The translations under genes and the position numbers were made by a program. Below are positions 39,219 through 51,919 of a stretch of 64,000 bases of DNA, one piece after another. This DNA is from Macrostomum lignano (taxonomy: Eukaryota), in the NCBI GenBank assembly GCA_002269645.1, contig NIVC01000572.1, positions 310,001-374,000 on the forward strand, in the 5' to 3' direction. The notes under the pieces are model-generated. The model was not told the DNA's origin. It worked only from the letters and a program-made list of their open reading frames with translations, and ran no database searches. Within the stretch, counting starts at the first letter, position 1. The number at the start of each line of letters is the position of its first letter.

Positions 39219-39330
39219 GGCTCATTCACACCGCCATCAAAAAGGCCAAATTTCGTGTGATCACTTGTACACCAATTCAAATTTCATCCTTCTGCACAAA
39301 TTGGTTGTGTGATGGCGGTGTGAACGGGGC
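39219..39330. mobile_element. ~110-bp MITE, PIF/Harbinger-like TIRs
   Basis: GGCTCATTCACACCGCCATCA ... TGATGGCGGTGTGAACGGGGC; TAA on the left, right TSD imperfect. Confidence 0.55.
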
Positions 39331-39389
39331 TTTTTAGTGTGTTTTAATAAATCAGAAATAATCTCCAATGGTAAATATTTAGTTGGCAA

Positions 39390-40694
39390 TTAGTGTTCCT
39401 CGTTAGCATTTTGACTCAACAGCAGCATAGTGTTGTACATCTCGCTAAAACAGCTGCTCAAGTCGCTGTCAGTAGTTGCAGATATCTCGCAGCCATATTG
39501 AAGCACTAGCAGCAAAATGCTCCTAGTATGGGAACAAGTGCTCAAAGTAAGCTCGATGCTAACAGCTTCCTTGAGGTGAGCCAATGCATCCTGTGTGAAT
39601 TCGCCGGCCAAATTAACGGTTGCAGCACCCAGAAAAGTAAAAGCAGATGCGGTTAAAGGGCTGCCGGGAAAGTGTTCCTTTAAAGCAAACGCGCTTTTAC
39701 TTAGAAAGACGCTGGCTTTCTCTAAACTCTTCATCAATTCTTCAGTAGAAACAGTTTGATTCAACGGCTGCTTCTTCAATCTAGCTGTCAGAGGACAGGT
39801 CTCTTCATACTCGCTGACTCCTTCGATGTAGTCAGAAAATGCAATGAAATAAATCTTGGAACGTTCGCTAATAAGGTCTGAGCAGTCGATGAGCTTGCGC
39901 GCTACAGCAATCAGTGCACGACTCTTTCGAGTCTGACGCAGTTCAACAAAGCAGGAGGCCATTCGTAGAATAACGACAATCGACTGGGTGCTTGGCACAA
40001 TGTCCGAATCGCTGCGCCGAACCAATTTGTTATTACGCGTTCTACGCTCCAACGAGAAGTCTAGAAACTGTGGCGCTTTCTCAAAAAATCTACGCCCGCC
40101 AACATCTTTTTGAGTAGCGCAGTTCAACATTAGCCTGGAGACGGACTCGCACATGAGGCCAGTCAGCTCCGGGGCCAGGGCTGGCCAAGAGTCGCCTAGG
40201 CGCAGCAGATATTTAGCAAGCCGGTAGGCACCCTCCGTCAGCCAAAGCCAAGCGAAGCTGCCCCGATGCGAGTCGCTGCACAAGGCCAGATGGGCCTCGT
40301 TAACTAAGAACAGAACGCTAGCGAATGCCATTCCTATTCTTTGTTCACCCTCTTCATCAATAAACTGATTAGCCAATTGTCTGAAAGCAGCAATACGATC
40401 CAATTTGTCTACGGATTTGACAGATGACCAGAGTAGTTCTTCAGCTTGTTGGCCAATGAGTGCCAGAAATTCGTTCTGCAGTTCGCAGGCGCTAGCCAGG
40501 TCGCTGCTGCAACGACGCCTGAGCTGCTCGTTTGCCAGAATGACCAGTGAGCAAGCTCTGGCAAACGGAGCCGCGTCACCACATGTAAATTTAAATGCGT
40601 TGTTTCTGGCTGTCCAAAACTCTGTATGATCCTGCTCGGGTACAAACCGCAACCAGGTACCCACTCGGATGATGGGCTCTTGACCAGAGCTCAT
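39390..40694 (-). CDS. TPR-like array member G1: single-domain (exon-1 only) paralog, 434 aa
   Basis: Intact ORF sharing LVNEA, RRSDSDI, ELRQ, EETCPL and AVSIEL with the other exon-1 ORFs. It lacks the GT donor at the position where its siblings splice, and no exon-2 homolog lies downstream. Confidence 0.75.
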   Translation of the reverse strand: MSSGQEPIIRVGTWLRFVPEQDHTEFWTARNNAFKFTCGDAAPFARACSLVILANEQLRRRCSSDLASACELQNEFLALIGQQAEELLWSSVKSVDKLDRIAAFRQLANQFIDEEGEQRIGMAFASVLFLVNEAHLALCSDSHRGSFAWLWLTEGAYRLAKYLLRLGDSWPALAPELTGLMCESVSRLMLNCATQKDVGGRRFFEKAPQFLDFSLERRTRNNKLVRRSDSDIVPSTQSIVVILRMASCFVELRQTRKSRALIAVARKLIDCSDLISERSKIYFIAFSDYIEGVSEYEETCPLTARLKKQPLNQTVSTEELMKSLEKASVFLSKSAFALKEHFPGSPLTASAFTFLGAATVNLAGEFTQDALAHLKEAVSIELTLSTCSHTRSILLLVLQYGCEISATTDSDLSSCFSEMYNTMLLLSQNANEEH

Positions 40695-42105
40695 AGTTTC
40701 CGAGGCCTTAGTGACCGGCCTGCTGAAATTAATAGGGAGTTCGGCACAAGATCGACAAACAACCCATATACAAAAGCTGCAGATCTTTTCTTCAACTGCA
40801 TATCAAATCATTAGAAGCTGTCCGTATTTATCTTTTATAGTTCTATTTCTAAAACTTCTGAAACCCTAGATGTGGCTATTAGAAAAAATTGTTGAATTTC
40901 TCCTCGGCATTTCCCCACGGCAGCTTATTGAACTTTATTCAAATCTATATGATCACTCAGTCACGTCGGCAGCTAAGCGAAAATTAAAAATCAACCCTTT
41001 TAACGACGTGGAAGTGTTAACAAAGTACTTAATACTATTCAGTAGTTTATTCGGAAGATTCTTAAAATAGTGAAAACAAAAAGACGGTTTTTTGCAAGGA
41101 AGATTTGTTTAGAATAAAAATATGGATATAACGACATATGACGAACATCCAAAAGGAAAAAAAACAATAGTAGATTTTTGATTAGAATTGTAAATACAAA
41201 ACTACATACAGCATGCTAATAAACTATATGTAAATACCAGATTCAGAAGGACCTCTAGGGTCCTTGAACTAATTCATTTGAAGGTGCCGATCTATTCCAA
41301 CAAAGCTGCCATGGGGACAAGCTGAAAATTATCGACACGGATCCGTGTTAATAAAATTGGAATTATCGACACGCAGTGGGGATAAGCACTTCCCGCGTTT
41401 CAGGAAACGCGTTGACTTGAATCCTCAACAGGAAAGTTACAGTACGCTTGTATAGCTATTTGATATAAATATGCATACAGGCGGGCATAAAATATTAAAT
41501 ATTAAAACAAAATGGTGATAAATCTAATCATGTTGGAATCATGAAGCATTTTTCAGAAAGTTAGGTGCAATAAAACGCGAGCTTGATGCAGCAAAGCTGA
41601 CTTTTTAGGTTGATGCTTCGCATAAAAATGATGATCCACTAAGCCCTTCCTTAGGGCGCATAAATCCATCATTATTTCATTTCGAGGTCATGCACTAAAG
41701 TACTGCACCGCTAAGGATCTTTTTGATATACAACCCTTTCTGTAACTCTATGAGTCACCATAGGCCAAATAAGGAAGCACCAATTCTTGTTAAAAAAATA
41801 CACATACACTGTACATGCATATATGTTTTTGGTCAAATAAAAAATGAGATTTTCCGATTTCCATTGACTCCAAACTTTTTGAATTTCAGCCATGTGTTAA
41901 AATCGATAGACGAAAGAATCGTAGAGAAGATGCGAGCTTGAAAAATGGCCTGAACCATTGAAAGTAAGCCAGGCGTGTTTTATAGGCAACTTTTACATGC
42001 TGCTATTTTTTACAAGAACAGTTTTAGATAGCACACAAGCAGAAAAAAAGCAAATACGCTCAATATTTTTTCCGATAGATTGTTACTGAAAACGATGAAT
42101 TATTA

Positions 42106-45100
42106 TCAACACTCTGTGTCTCTACCGTAACTGGCATCAATGAGTTGAGCCGGTTCGCACATCTGCAACAGCTGCTCGTGATTAATTTGCAGTCTGCGAA
42201 GTATTTTCTGCTTGTCACGCGGCGCAGCCAGCGTGTACTCATTCAAACCATTGAGAAAGTCGTTCCGCCTAGGGATATTGTTAGACGTTCGCGTCATGCG
42301 ACACTTTGGCACGCAGAGGTAGATCCATTCGCTATCGCAGACATTCTCGTGCGCGTTCCATAGCTTCATCAGGTAGTGCGAGTAGCACATTATTTCAGTG
42401 TAGGTTGGCAGGTTATCTTCAGGATAAACTCGACCAAACATAGCCTCGCAGGTTTCTCTGAGATGCTGTTTGCCCTCCCAATCGATAATGGGATCTGGGA
42501 AGATGTAAGTAAACAGTAGAAGTAAAAGATGTAGGAGCGCATATTAATTTTAGCCAATGCCTTTCAAAAATATTCCAGAAACGCACCAACTAATCGCTCA
42601 GCAACGAACCGGTCGCCAAGTCGAATTTCCGTCCATATAGCGTCATCGCCTAGCAGCAGACTTCTTGTCTCTACAGAGCAATCTCTACTCATTTCTAAGA
42701 TTGCCTGAAATCGGCACATTTGGGTTAAGAGAAACACTGAGCGTTCACGGCGCATCTGATGCTGTACATCGAAACTGTGGGGTTACAATTCTCACTCTGT
42801 TCCTACTGCAGCTCAGAGCTTCTACCCTATAACAGCGGGTGAACTCAAGCTAGGCCTATTTTGCCCCTCGCTTACTGCGGCTACCTTAAAGGGTGATCGA
42901 CATAAGCCACTTCATATGAATACTAACCAGGGCCAACTCCGCTTAACCTGCAGCACTGGCGGTGAATGCCCTAACAAAATTGGCTAGAGATCTTCGATTA
43001 ATAAACCTATCAAAACAAATAGACAGCTTGACATCTTGAACTCACGTCAGCAGCAGTCACTATGCCAGACCACTCGCTCTGGCGATCCGACGTTGCAAAG
43101 TACACAGCCAGCTTCCTCGCTACATCAATAGATCGCCAAGCCCAACAACTGGTTGCGCATCCGTTAGCAATCAGGTTGCGCTGGATTTTTAGGCAGGCCC
43201 TCAAGCAATTCAGCGCTTTCTCTTCCTGGTCCTCCAGCTGCATCATATTATAGTACATCACAGCTAGCAAAGCGTAGCAATCCCCAGTTAGAGGATGCAG
43301 CGGTTCCAACAGCTCCAAGACCCTTGACGCCCGACGAAGTTTAAGCACAGCGGCATTATACTGTGAATAAGCCGTTTTTGTGAGATCTTTGACCGCGCTT
43401 TTGTAAAGAATGACTGCAGTGGATAAGTGTACACAGGCGTGCAACGGCGTATCTAGAAGTCCGGTAGAGGTGCACGAATCATAAGCTTCTTGGAACGGCG
43501 CCAGTCTACGCTTCGGCTTAGGCATGGGGAGAAGTTCTACATTCACATAATCCTGATTCAAATCCAACACTGTTGTACTGTTATCCGATGAGTTCATGAA
43601 TTCATTGGTTGCACCGAGTGCATCGTCCAATATTGCGATTCTGTGTTCGACAAGAGCAAACACAGGGTCCGATAAATCATTGTCAGATTTTGGAAGCCAA
43701 GATTGTAGCGATTGACTCAAAGATTTGGCAGAACGCTTTATCTGCCCGCTGCGTAGCATCCTTTTTGGCAACAGTTCGTTGAGATCGACGCAAACCTCGG
43801 CGAGACTGCTGTCGAGTACCGCACCCAGGTGGAACCAGGCCGCGCTCGCCTCGAAAGCTCCGCGCAGCTCGTTGCTTAACTTTCTACTGTTATTCATCAG
43901 GCACCTGGCCGATCGCCAATTGTCAGACCAGAAACGCAGCAGGACTGAGTCGGTGAAAGAGTACCAGTTTTCCCTGATGTACCTACCAGTCTTTGGAGAG
44001 TTCACTGAGTAACCAACAGGTGAAGATCTATTCAGACGCCAATTTTTTCCCAACTGTAAGTCCAAAAGCACAAATTTTGCCTCATTTGCTTGCCAGAAAG
44101 CGCAGCAAACGGCTACGGCTTCTGCCATTTCTGCTACTTCGCCACGCTGTAATTTCCTGCGCAACTGAGATAGCTTGAAGCTGCTTTGTCTACTGATGTG
44201 CAAAGAGAATTTCTGCGAAAGAAGCTCTTGAACAGCATTTTGCTCCACGCCAGCAAGATCTATTGCACACCGAATCAGGTGGAACCTGGCAATAAATAGT
44301 CGACATAATATTGCAGCTAGAGCTGAGTCAGTTGCGATGCACTCTCGCAATCTTCGCCTAAAATAATCTAAACAGTCTTGTCTATAACAGTCGGTGAATC
44401 GGAGGTCAACAAGAGGAAGAGAAGGATTTTGGTGCTCAGCTGTCTCAGCTGCCTCCAGAGGTAGCAAAGATACAGTTGACGAAGAGCTCAGTCGATTCAG
44501 CTCAAAATCGACGTCAGACACACCTGCTATTGGATGCTCTTCTTTGGTCGCACTAAGGTCGTTATGATGCAGAGATTTCTAAAGAAAAAAATTCGGCTAA
44601 TCATTAGAATATTCCCATTTAACACTTTAACCGTAGATAATATTGAATGAGATACTAAGACTTACCACGGAGCTGTGCAGCTCTTTCCATCGGAGTGCAA
44701 TAGCGCTCTCATCGTTCTCAAACAATCCTGCAGCGACGCTAATTGTTTGCAACAAATAGCGCATCGTGTTACTCCTTTGCGATAGAGCCATCTCTACCTG
44801 AACTGCCTCTTGTAGATACGCGAGAGAAGTATCATTAAACTCCGCCGTTCTATTAGCTGTCACAATTCCAAGCATTGTAAGCGTTGACGCAAAAATAGTA
44901 CTTTTAGAAAAGCTCTGTCTCAGCCGGTACGCGCTGCGAGTCAGCTTTTCCAAAGCGCTGTCGTATAGCTCTCTTAGCTCTCGGGCGTTTAAAATAACCG
45001 ACCCAGCGTTCAGCTTGCTGTGCAAAGGACTTGTACGCTCGAAGTCATTGACACCATCAAAATAGTCAATAAAAGCACTCAAGTAGTGCTTGGAAAGCTC

Positions 45101-45907
45101 GTCTAGAATTGTTGATTTGCCTAGCAGCAAACGGGCTTGACAAATCAGCGCAGTGCACTTATCCATCTGACGAAGCTCCAAAAAGCACGTGGCCATGCTA
45201 ACAATAGCTACCATCGACTGCTCGTTCAACACAATTTCAGCATCGATTCTGCGAGTGAGACCTTTTCTAACCCGTCTCTCAATTGCAGCCTGAAAATGCG
45301 AGAAAGACTTCAACAAGTACTTGTGCGCGTAGACGTCTTTGACGCTGGCGCAGTTGAGCAGCAAGCTGCCAACGCTGAATCGAACGCACGCAGTCATTTC
45401 TGGTCCGATTTCTTTGCTTTGAAGGCAAATCTTGCCGAGTCTCTGGGCGCTTTCAACCAGCCAGAACCAGGCCCACGATCCCAGCTTCTTCGGATCGCGT
45501 AGGGCCATCTGACCTTCGTTTGCTATGAAAACGACAGTAACGAAATATAAAACTGATTTTTCTTCGTTAAAATTAAAATTTGCTAAATATTTGTTGAGTC
45601 GATCTGAGTACTTCTCGCTATCGCTGCAGGTAATGTAGCTCCAAAGATCTTTAATAGCATTTCGTCCCAATAAGTTCATAAACTTTTGTTGAATAGTTTT
45701 AGCGTCGCTGAGATTTTGCATTAGAAGGTAATGAAGGCCAAGCATCACGTGACATACAGCTTTCGGCAGAACTTGATGAGATCGATCCGAATTTTTCGGT
45801 TCTGAAGCTTCGACAAGCCTAAGACGCTCTCGCCAGTACTGAAGAGCTTCTTCCCGAGGCACGACCTGAAGCCAAATTCGCATTTCAACCGGCTCCTGAT
45901 TCTGCAT
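42106..45907 (-). CDS. TPR-like array member G2. Exons 45907-44666, 44578-43046, 42704-42587 and 42494-42106, ~1093 aa
   Basis: Donors GTAAGT, GTGAGT and GTGCGT and YAG acceptors give phases 0, 0 and 1; the total is divisible by 3. TPR_12-like segment HPLTGDCYALLAVMYYNM...KALNCLRACLKIQ. Confidence 0.8.
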
Positions 45908-47167
45908 TGTTCTTAGGGTCAGGGTAGCTAAATGTAGATTTTCTCAGTCTGAAGTAAACGAAATTGAGATTCAGCTTTAATCTGTGATAGTTGAGAATAC
46001 TATAGCAAACGTTGCTACCTAGACCAAATTCAAAAAGTAGCTATAGCTATTTTCCTAAAAATTCAAGAGCCCAAACCGGGTCTACAAAAGGATTATATTC
46101 CACGATAAATGTGTTTGAAACGTTTGTTCTTCCGAGAGTTCCACTGCTTTTTTTAATTGTAGGCAAACCCGCCGAGCCTTATCTACTTACTCCAATTACT
46201 AACATTTCCTGGAGCCAAACTACTGGTAGTAGCGGAAAAGCAAAACTGCTTTATCCTTAACTGTAAATTTTACCGATTCTGAACAATTAATGTAGACATA
46301 ATTAAAACTCGTTGATTTTGGGAGACGCGTTAAAGTTTTCAAAACAGGTGTAACTAATAGAACTAATACATATAACCGGCATAACTGCTTGAAAAAATCC
46401 CCTATCACAATAAATCAAGTAAACCCCTGAAGCTTTTAAACTATATATTATGCAGTCTATTGTTTAGGCGGTTTGAAATTAAAATCAGGAGTGAAGTCGG
46501 TAGCAAATAGGAAATATTTTCCATATTATTAGTGCATTAGATAAATAAACATATAGAAAGTTAACAGAGATCATTTTGAAGCCAAAAATGTACAGTAGAA
46601 TAAAACAGATCAGCTGCAAGAAACAAAATATCGAACGAAGTGTTAGACAGAAAAATGTCAGGTTATTAAGTGGCAAACTATTCAGAGCAAACCTGTAAAA
46701 AGCTGTGCAGAGTAGCAAAACAATTTGTTACCTGATAAATCACTCAACTAGCCCAAATAGCTCGACAAAATACCTACTGAAAGTCGCTACCAGTAATGCT
46801 TTCAAACAGCTGTCAACGTTTTGTCGATTTCGATAAAACAAAATCAAACAAACAAAAAGATCATAGTTCAAACCGATTATGTACAATAATATTTGAGACC
46901 TTGGTGCTCTGTTATGCACTTAAATAAGAGTTAGGGAGATTAAAAAAACTGACAGTAAAATTTATGTAAAGAGCTCGTTCATACCACCATCAAATAAAAC
47001 TTGTTCAGCTCACACGAATCCAGAAGTTTTGATTCAAAGGAAACAAAGAAAGAAAGTTAATCAACGATTCGTGATAAAAAACGCGACTATTCAGCACAAT
47101 AATAAAGCAACTAAAACCGAATCACATTTTGAATTCCATTTCAATCGCTTAAATAAAAAAGTGAAGT

Positions 47168-50100
47168 TTAAAAATTCGCAAATTTGTAGTGAAAGCGTTT
47201 AGCAAACTTGCATTCATTTAACAGCAGATTGTGATTCTGTTGTAGTCGGGTGAAAATTTTGTTTTTTTCCTTGACGCTTTGGCGTGAGTACTCGGAAATA
47301 CCCAGCAAAAAGTGGTTTCGCACCACGTCAAGTTTTTCCAGCGGACAATCTCGATTGTCACCGTTGTGGCACAGCTCCCAGTGCTGACTAAACAGCTTGT
47401 TGAGGTAAGTAGCGTAGACTCTGATCTCGCCATCGCTTGGTAGACAGTCCTCTGGAAACTGGCGATCCCTAAACAGATTTGTGAGGCCTTTCATGCTGAC
47501 AGTTCGCTTTTCTTCCCAGTCTACCAACGCATCTGTAACGTTGATTGATGTTTTTTTATAAACGAGGAAATCTTATTTGTCAATATAGCTAGATGGAATT
47601 AAAAATCCTAATTAAAAATCCATTCAATAATGAGAAAGTGTGTTCTAAACTGTGTTTTTACATTCAGGTAAACCAAGTCTCAAATACCAAATGGCTACAC
47701 GTGCAAATTTACACTCACCTGATAGAGTTTCAGCCAACATAGTCTCGGAATTCGATGCATCGTCAATATCGACTGGCATTTGACACATCAAAGTCTTTCG
47801 ACCAAGAAGGGCCTGCCGAAGACAAATATGATTAAATGTACCGCGTCCAGAATATTTTTTAAAGATTGCATGCATAATAGTGAAAAACTTACAAACAATT
47901 TATCGAATATACTTTGCCATTCGCGTTCAATCAGCGCATCCTCATCATTCGTGTTTTGCCGCAACATACGAAACTGCTCTCTGCAAATTCGAGCCACATC
48001 TAAACACTTCCATAGCCAGGGACTGGGCGATGCTTCCTTGACGATGAGATTGCTCTCAATCCTGGCACACTTTCTGAGACACTGAAGGCATCTAGATTCT
48101 TGCTCGTCAATCTGCATCTGACTGGAGTAGAGAACGCTTAAAACAGTGTAACAGTACGTCACTTTGACATCATCGCCGCAGATAAGCTCGAGAATTCTAG
48201 CAGCTTTCCTAAACTTTAAAATTGCAGCACTGAAACTGTCGTAATGAGGCTTAAACGGATTAACTTCCCCATAGCGTAATAGCTGAAGACCCGCTTGCAT
48301 GTGCACCAAAGCGTGGGCCACTGTATCCATTAGACCTCTTTTTTGGCACAGGACGTAAGCCTCATCCAGTTGTTTCAGCTTGTCGGACGCCTGCGACGTG
48401 TCTATTATAAAGTCGAAAGTCTCTAGGATGCCAGTTGACTCTAAAAGGCTAGAGACGAGACCACCGTGAAGCCTGCGATTACGCCTCCCAGCTGATTGGT
48501 TCAGTAGACGATTCAACAATGCGGGAAAGTTCACGCACACAGAGTTTAAGTAACTCAATAAAGTCTCAATTCCTGGGCCATTGTGACTTTTTTCTAAACG
48601 TTTTAATCGGTTTAGGTCTTGTAGCAAGTCAACTGTGGTTGTAATGAGTTTTTTATCGGTCTTGTAGCGATCATCGAATGCTACGACGTCATTTAGTCGG
48701 TAGAAGCCTTCTGCTAAATAATTTTCCAAGAAAATAAGAGCAGGAATTTCGTCAGATTTCCAGCTATTTCGGATCGCGTTGAACAAATCCTGACCGCGCC
48801 TGAAACATTCTTGAGCTCTTTTCCAATCGTTGCTTTTCTTGTTACTCAGCCGAAAACTATACAAAGCCCAAGAAACAAGCTGCGAAGCGAATGACTCATC
48901 GCCATCGTCCCAACGTTGCCGCACCTCTGCGGCGGACTTTTGCTGATAATATTCGAGCGCATTACCAAGAGCCAGCATGCCTTCATTGACAGTCCAGAAT
49001 GCGACTACAAAGATCAATTCTCTGCAATGGCGTGGAAAAGATTCAGACATAGCTTTAAATGAAAAGCTTCCATTGGTTTCTAGCTTCAGACCAAATGCAA
49101 GAGAGATCAGGCGTGAGACTTTAGCTTGTCGGCATTCAGCTTTTCTCAAGAAATACGAGCGTAAATTATGTCTTGAGAGAAATAGAAGGAAAACCAATCT
49201 GTGTAATATTTGGCTACGGTCCAGAATATTGTTTAATTCCTTCTTCCAGTAAGCTAAGCTTCCTTCGCGATATCCATCGGTGAACTCTCTTGCTTTGGCA
49301 ACTACATTAAAGACACTATCGCTTTGACTGGACGCTTCAACATCGGTAGGAACGTCGACTTGAGATCGAATTGTTTCTGGTTCTCTTGTAGTAACGATCT
49401 AGAATTAGAATGTGATACTTACATTAGCTCTTACTGAAGTACCGGTATGCTATAAGTGAAAAAATTAAATTTAAATCATTACCAAGAATAAAAATTATCA
49501 ATGCTTACGGTAAAGTACAACTCTCGACACTTGTCTCGAGCAGCCTGCGTAGTTGCCAGCGTGGTACCTTGCTGCAAAATCTGGATCATATTTGCAGCCA
49601 TAATAGTGTTGGTTTCGAATTTAGACTCTAGCGAAACAGCCTTCTCTAAATAATACAAACCGCCTTCATGCTCCATTGTAAAGTCGGCTGCTTCGTTCAC
49701 GCAAACAATGCCCATCAATGTGTACGCAGAAGCGGTAAGCCCAAGTTCGGAGATTTCTTCCGTTAAATTTTTCAAACACTCGCGCAGGTGTTTCTTTGCA
49801 CTTCTATATGCTTTCATAAGCTTTTCGCGGTCAAGTAAACGAGAACCCGCATTAAGTTTACTGGCTAGAGGACAAGTTTCCTCAAAATCAATTAGTCCGT
49901 TCAAGTACATGGCATAGGCAGTAAAGTAAGTCTTGCAAACGATTTCAGTATCTGCTGGTAACTTGTTGAGTTTAAGAGCCTGATCGATCAACTTTCGAGC
50001 CTTCGTAGTCTGACGAAGTTCAATAAAAATGGCCGCCAACTTTAGAATTCCTTCGATAGATTCATCGACAACTCTAATATCCGAATCTAGCTTGCGAACT

Positions 50101-51080
50101 ATTCTTGAATGTTTTCTAGGCTTCCAATTAATCATGGCTTCAAAACAAAGGAATGCTTTAGATAGATACCAATGTTCAAAGGTACCCTGCTGCATTCCAC
50201 AGCTAAAAAGAATGCTTCCAGTGGCGTGTCTGGATAGGTCGACAAAAACTTTGGACTCTTTGGGCGCTCTTCGAATATAATCAGTACACAGCCAGAAAAG
50301 AAACTTTGTTTTCTCTCTTAGTCTATGCGCTCGGACACTGGTCCGGTTAAAGAGCATTAAACGGCATTCGCCCACTATATAATGTAAAGTGATGAACTGA
50401 AGTGTGCAAGAATGCTCATGGGTCCACTCAAATGTCAGTTGACTCGACGCAGCCTTTGACTCTCCGCTTTTGTTGCTAGACTTAGGCTTGAAACATTCTT
50501 TTATAAGCTCTTCATACTTGTCTGCATATCTATTAGCCATAAGAAACTTTGCGCTAGCTTTCACACTGATTCGCCGGTTTGTATTGTTTTCTTTGCTTTC
50601 AGTAACGATGCCTTCATGTTGCGAAAGTTGAGACGTTATAGCACCATTTCCTTCTCTATTGTCTTTAGGAAGCTTTGAAAAAGCTCGGGTATTATTTCCC
50701 TTATTCATACTGCCCTCGTCGATTACACCACCGCTGCATTCAGGGTCCGAATTCGGAGAGGCGGCGTGGTTAAGCGTGTCTGCAGCTTGTTTGCCAATTA
50801 AATTTTTGAACAAATTGAGGAATCTTTGACCTTCCGTTGCTTGATTCCTAAATAGATATTCGTTTCCCAAAAATACAAAGATAAAAGCCTTTGCAAAAAA
50901 CCCAAATGTCTTTTCAGCATCTTCGTTCTTACATTCATCGACTCCAAGTAGTCCATCTCTTGTTTTCAGTTCATTGTAACGAGACTTTAAAAAGTCAAAA
51001 TATTCCTCATTCGGGAAGAAGTTTAACAAGGGTGTCGGATTAGGCGGCTGTGGAAGAATCTCTAAGACCGTCGCGTCCAT
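47168..51080 (-). CDS. TPR-like array member G3. Exons 51080-49509, 49398-47893, 47812-47719 and 47532-47168, ~1178 aa
   Basis: Same intron phases (0, 0, 1) as G2, with donors GTAAGC, GTAAGT and GTGAGT. Homologous motifs occur in all four exons. Confidence 0.8.
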
Positions 51081-51324
51081 TCCAAATTAGCTTGGAACGA
51101 GCAAGACTTTACTCGCATCGAGCAGGCACCAGAGACCAGAGTCAACCCGCGCTTCTTCGGCGAGGGGCTTGTAAATTATTTATACAACACCGATTTAAAA
51201 CTGAAAATTGAATTACAACAGGCTCGTTAGATTGAATACAAATATTTTAAACTTTTTTCCTACCTGTATGGCACAGGATATTTATTACTATAAAAATCAA
51301 GCGGAATTTAAAAAGTATTATATA

Positions 51325-51700
51325 TCCTATATACTAAAAATGAGTTGTCTGTGGGTAGGTAGGTAGGTAGGTATGCGATAGATTTCAGAAAAAATGGCTC
51401 AACAGATTTTCTTCAAACTTGCACCATTCGATCAGAAATTTTCCTGGGACGGTACATGCATCTTGGCTAAGAAATTGCTCAATGTTAAAGGGATTAAATA
51501 TTCGAAAAACGTGCTTTTTTGCAAAGGTCAAGCAGCTCTTTCGACCTGAAATGCGTTGTAAGAATGCTAGAGAAAAAACTGACTGACTGAATTCCAATTG
51601 TGATAAGGATTGCATCACAACCAGTTGAAAACAGTGCCGAAGAAATGCACACAAAACTTGATTTAAATTGCGTAACCACATTGCTAACTTAAATTGAGAC
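51325..51700 (+). mobile_element. 5' part of a Helitron-like non-autonomous element
   Basis: A|TCCTATATACTAAAAATGAG, then TGTCTGT(GGTA)n and GGCTCAACAGATTTTCTTCAAACTTG, paralleling the element at 34981. Confidence 0.5.
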
Positions 51701-51799
51701 TGATACTGGCTGACTGAGAAATTGATTATGTCATAAATTTTAACTCTAACCGATTTGCAATAAGAATTTAATTATAAGGGCCACAATTCAAGACAAGAG

Positions 51800-51866
51800 A
51801 TAGCATAGATGCGAACAGACTGGACTGCTAATGCTGCGACCTGGGTTCGAATCTTAGTAGTGCAAA
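51800..51866 (+). pseudogene. tRNA-like relic or SINE head
   Basis: GGACTGCTAAT (anticodon-arm-like, GCT) and B-box GGGTTCGAATC. No convincing acceptor stem or A-box. Confidence 0.4.
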
Positions 51867-51919
51867 AAGATTTTTTTATTCAAAAATCTTAAAAACACAA
51901 AATGCTAAACACAAAAAAG

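Noticed and set aside
51800-51866. Functional tRNA-Ser(GCT)
   Set aside because: No pairing acceptor stem, a poor D-arm/A-box and no long variable arm. Kept only as a relic.
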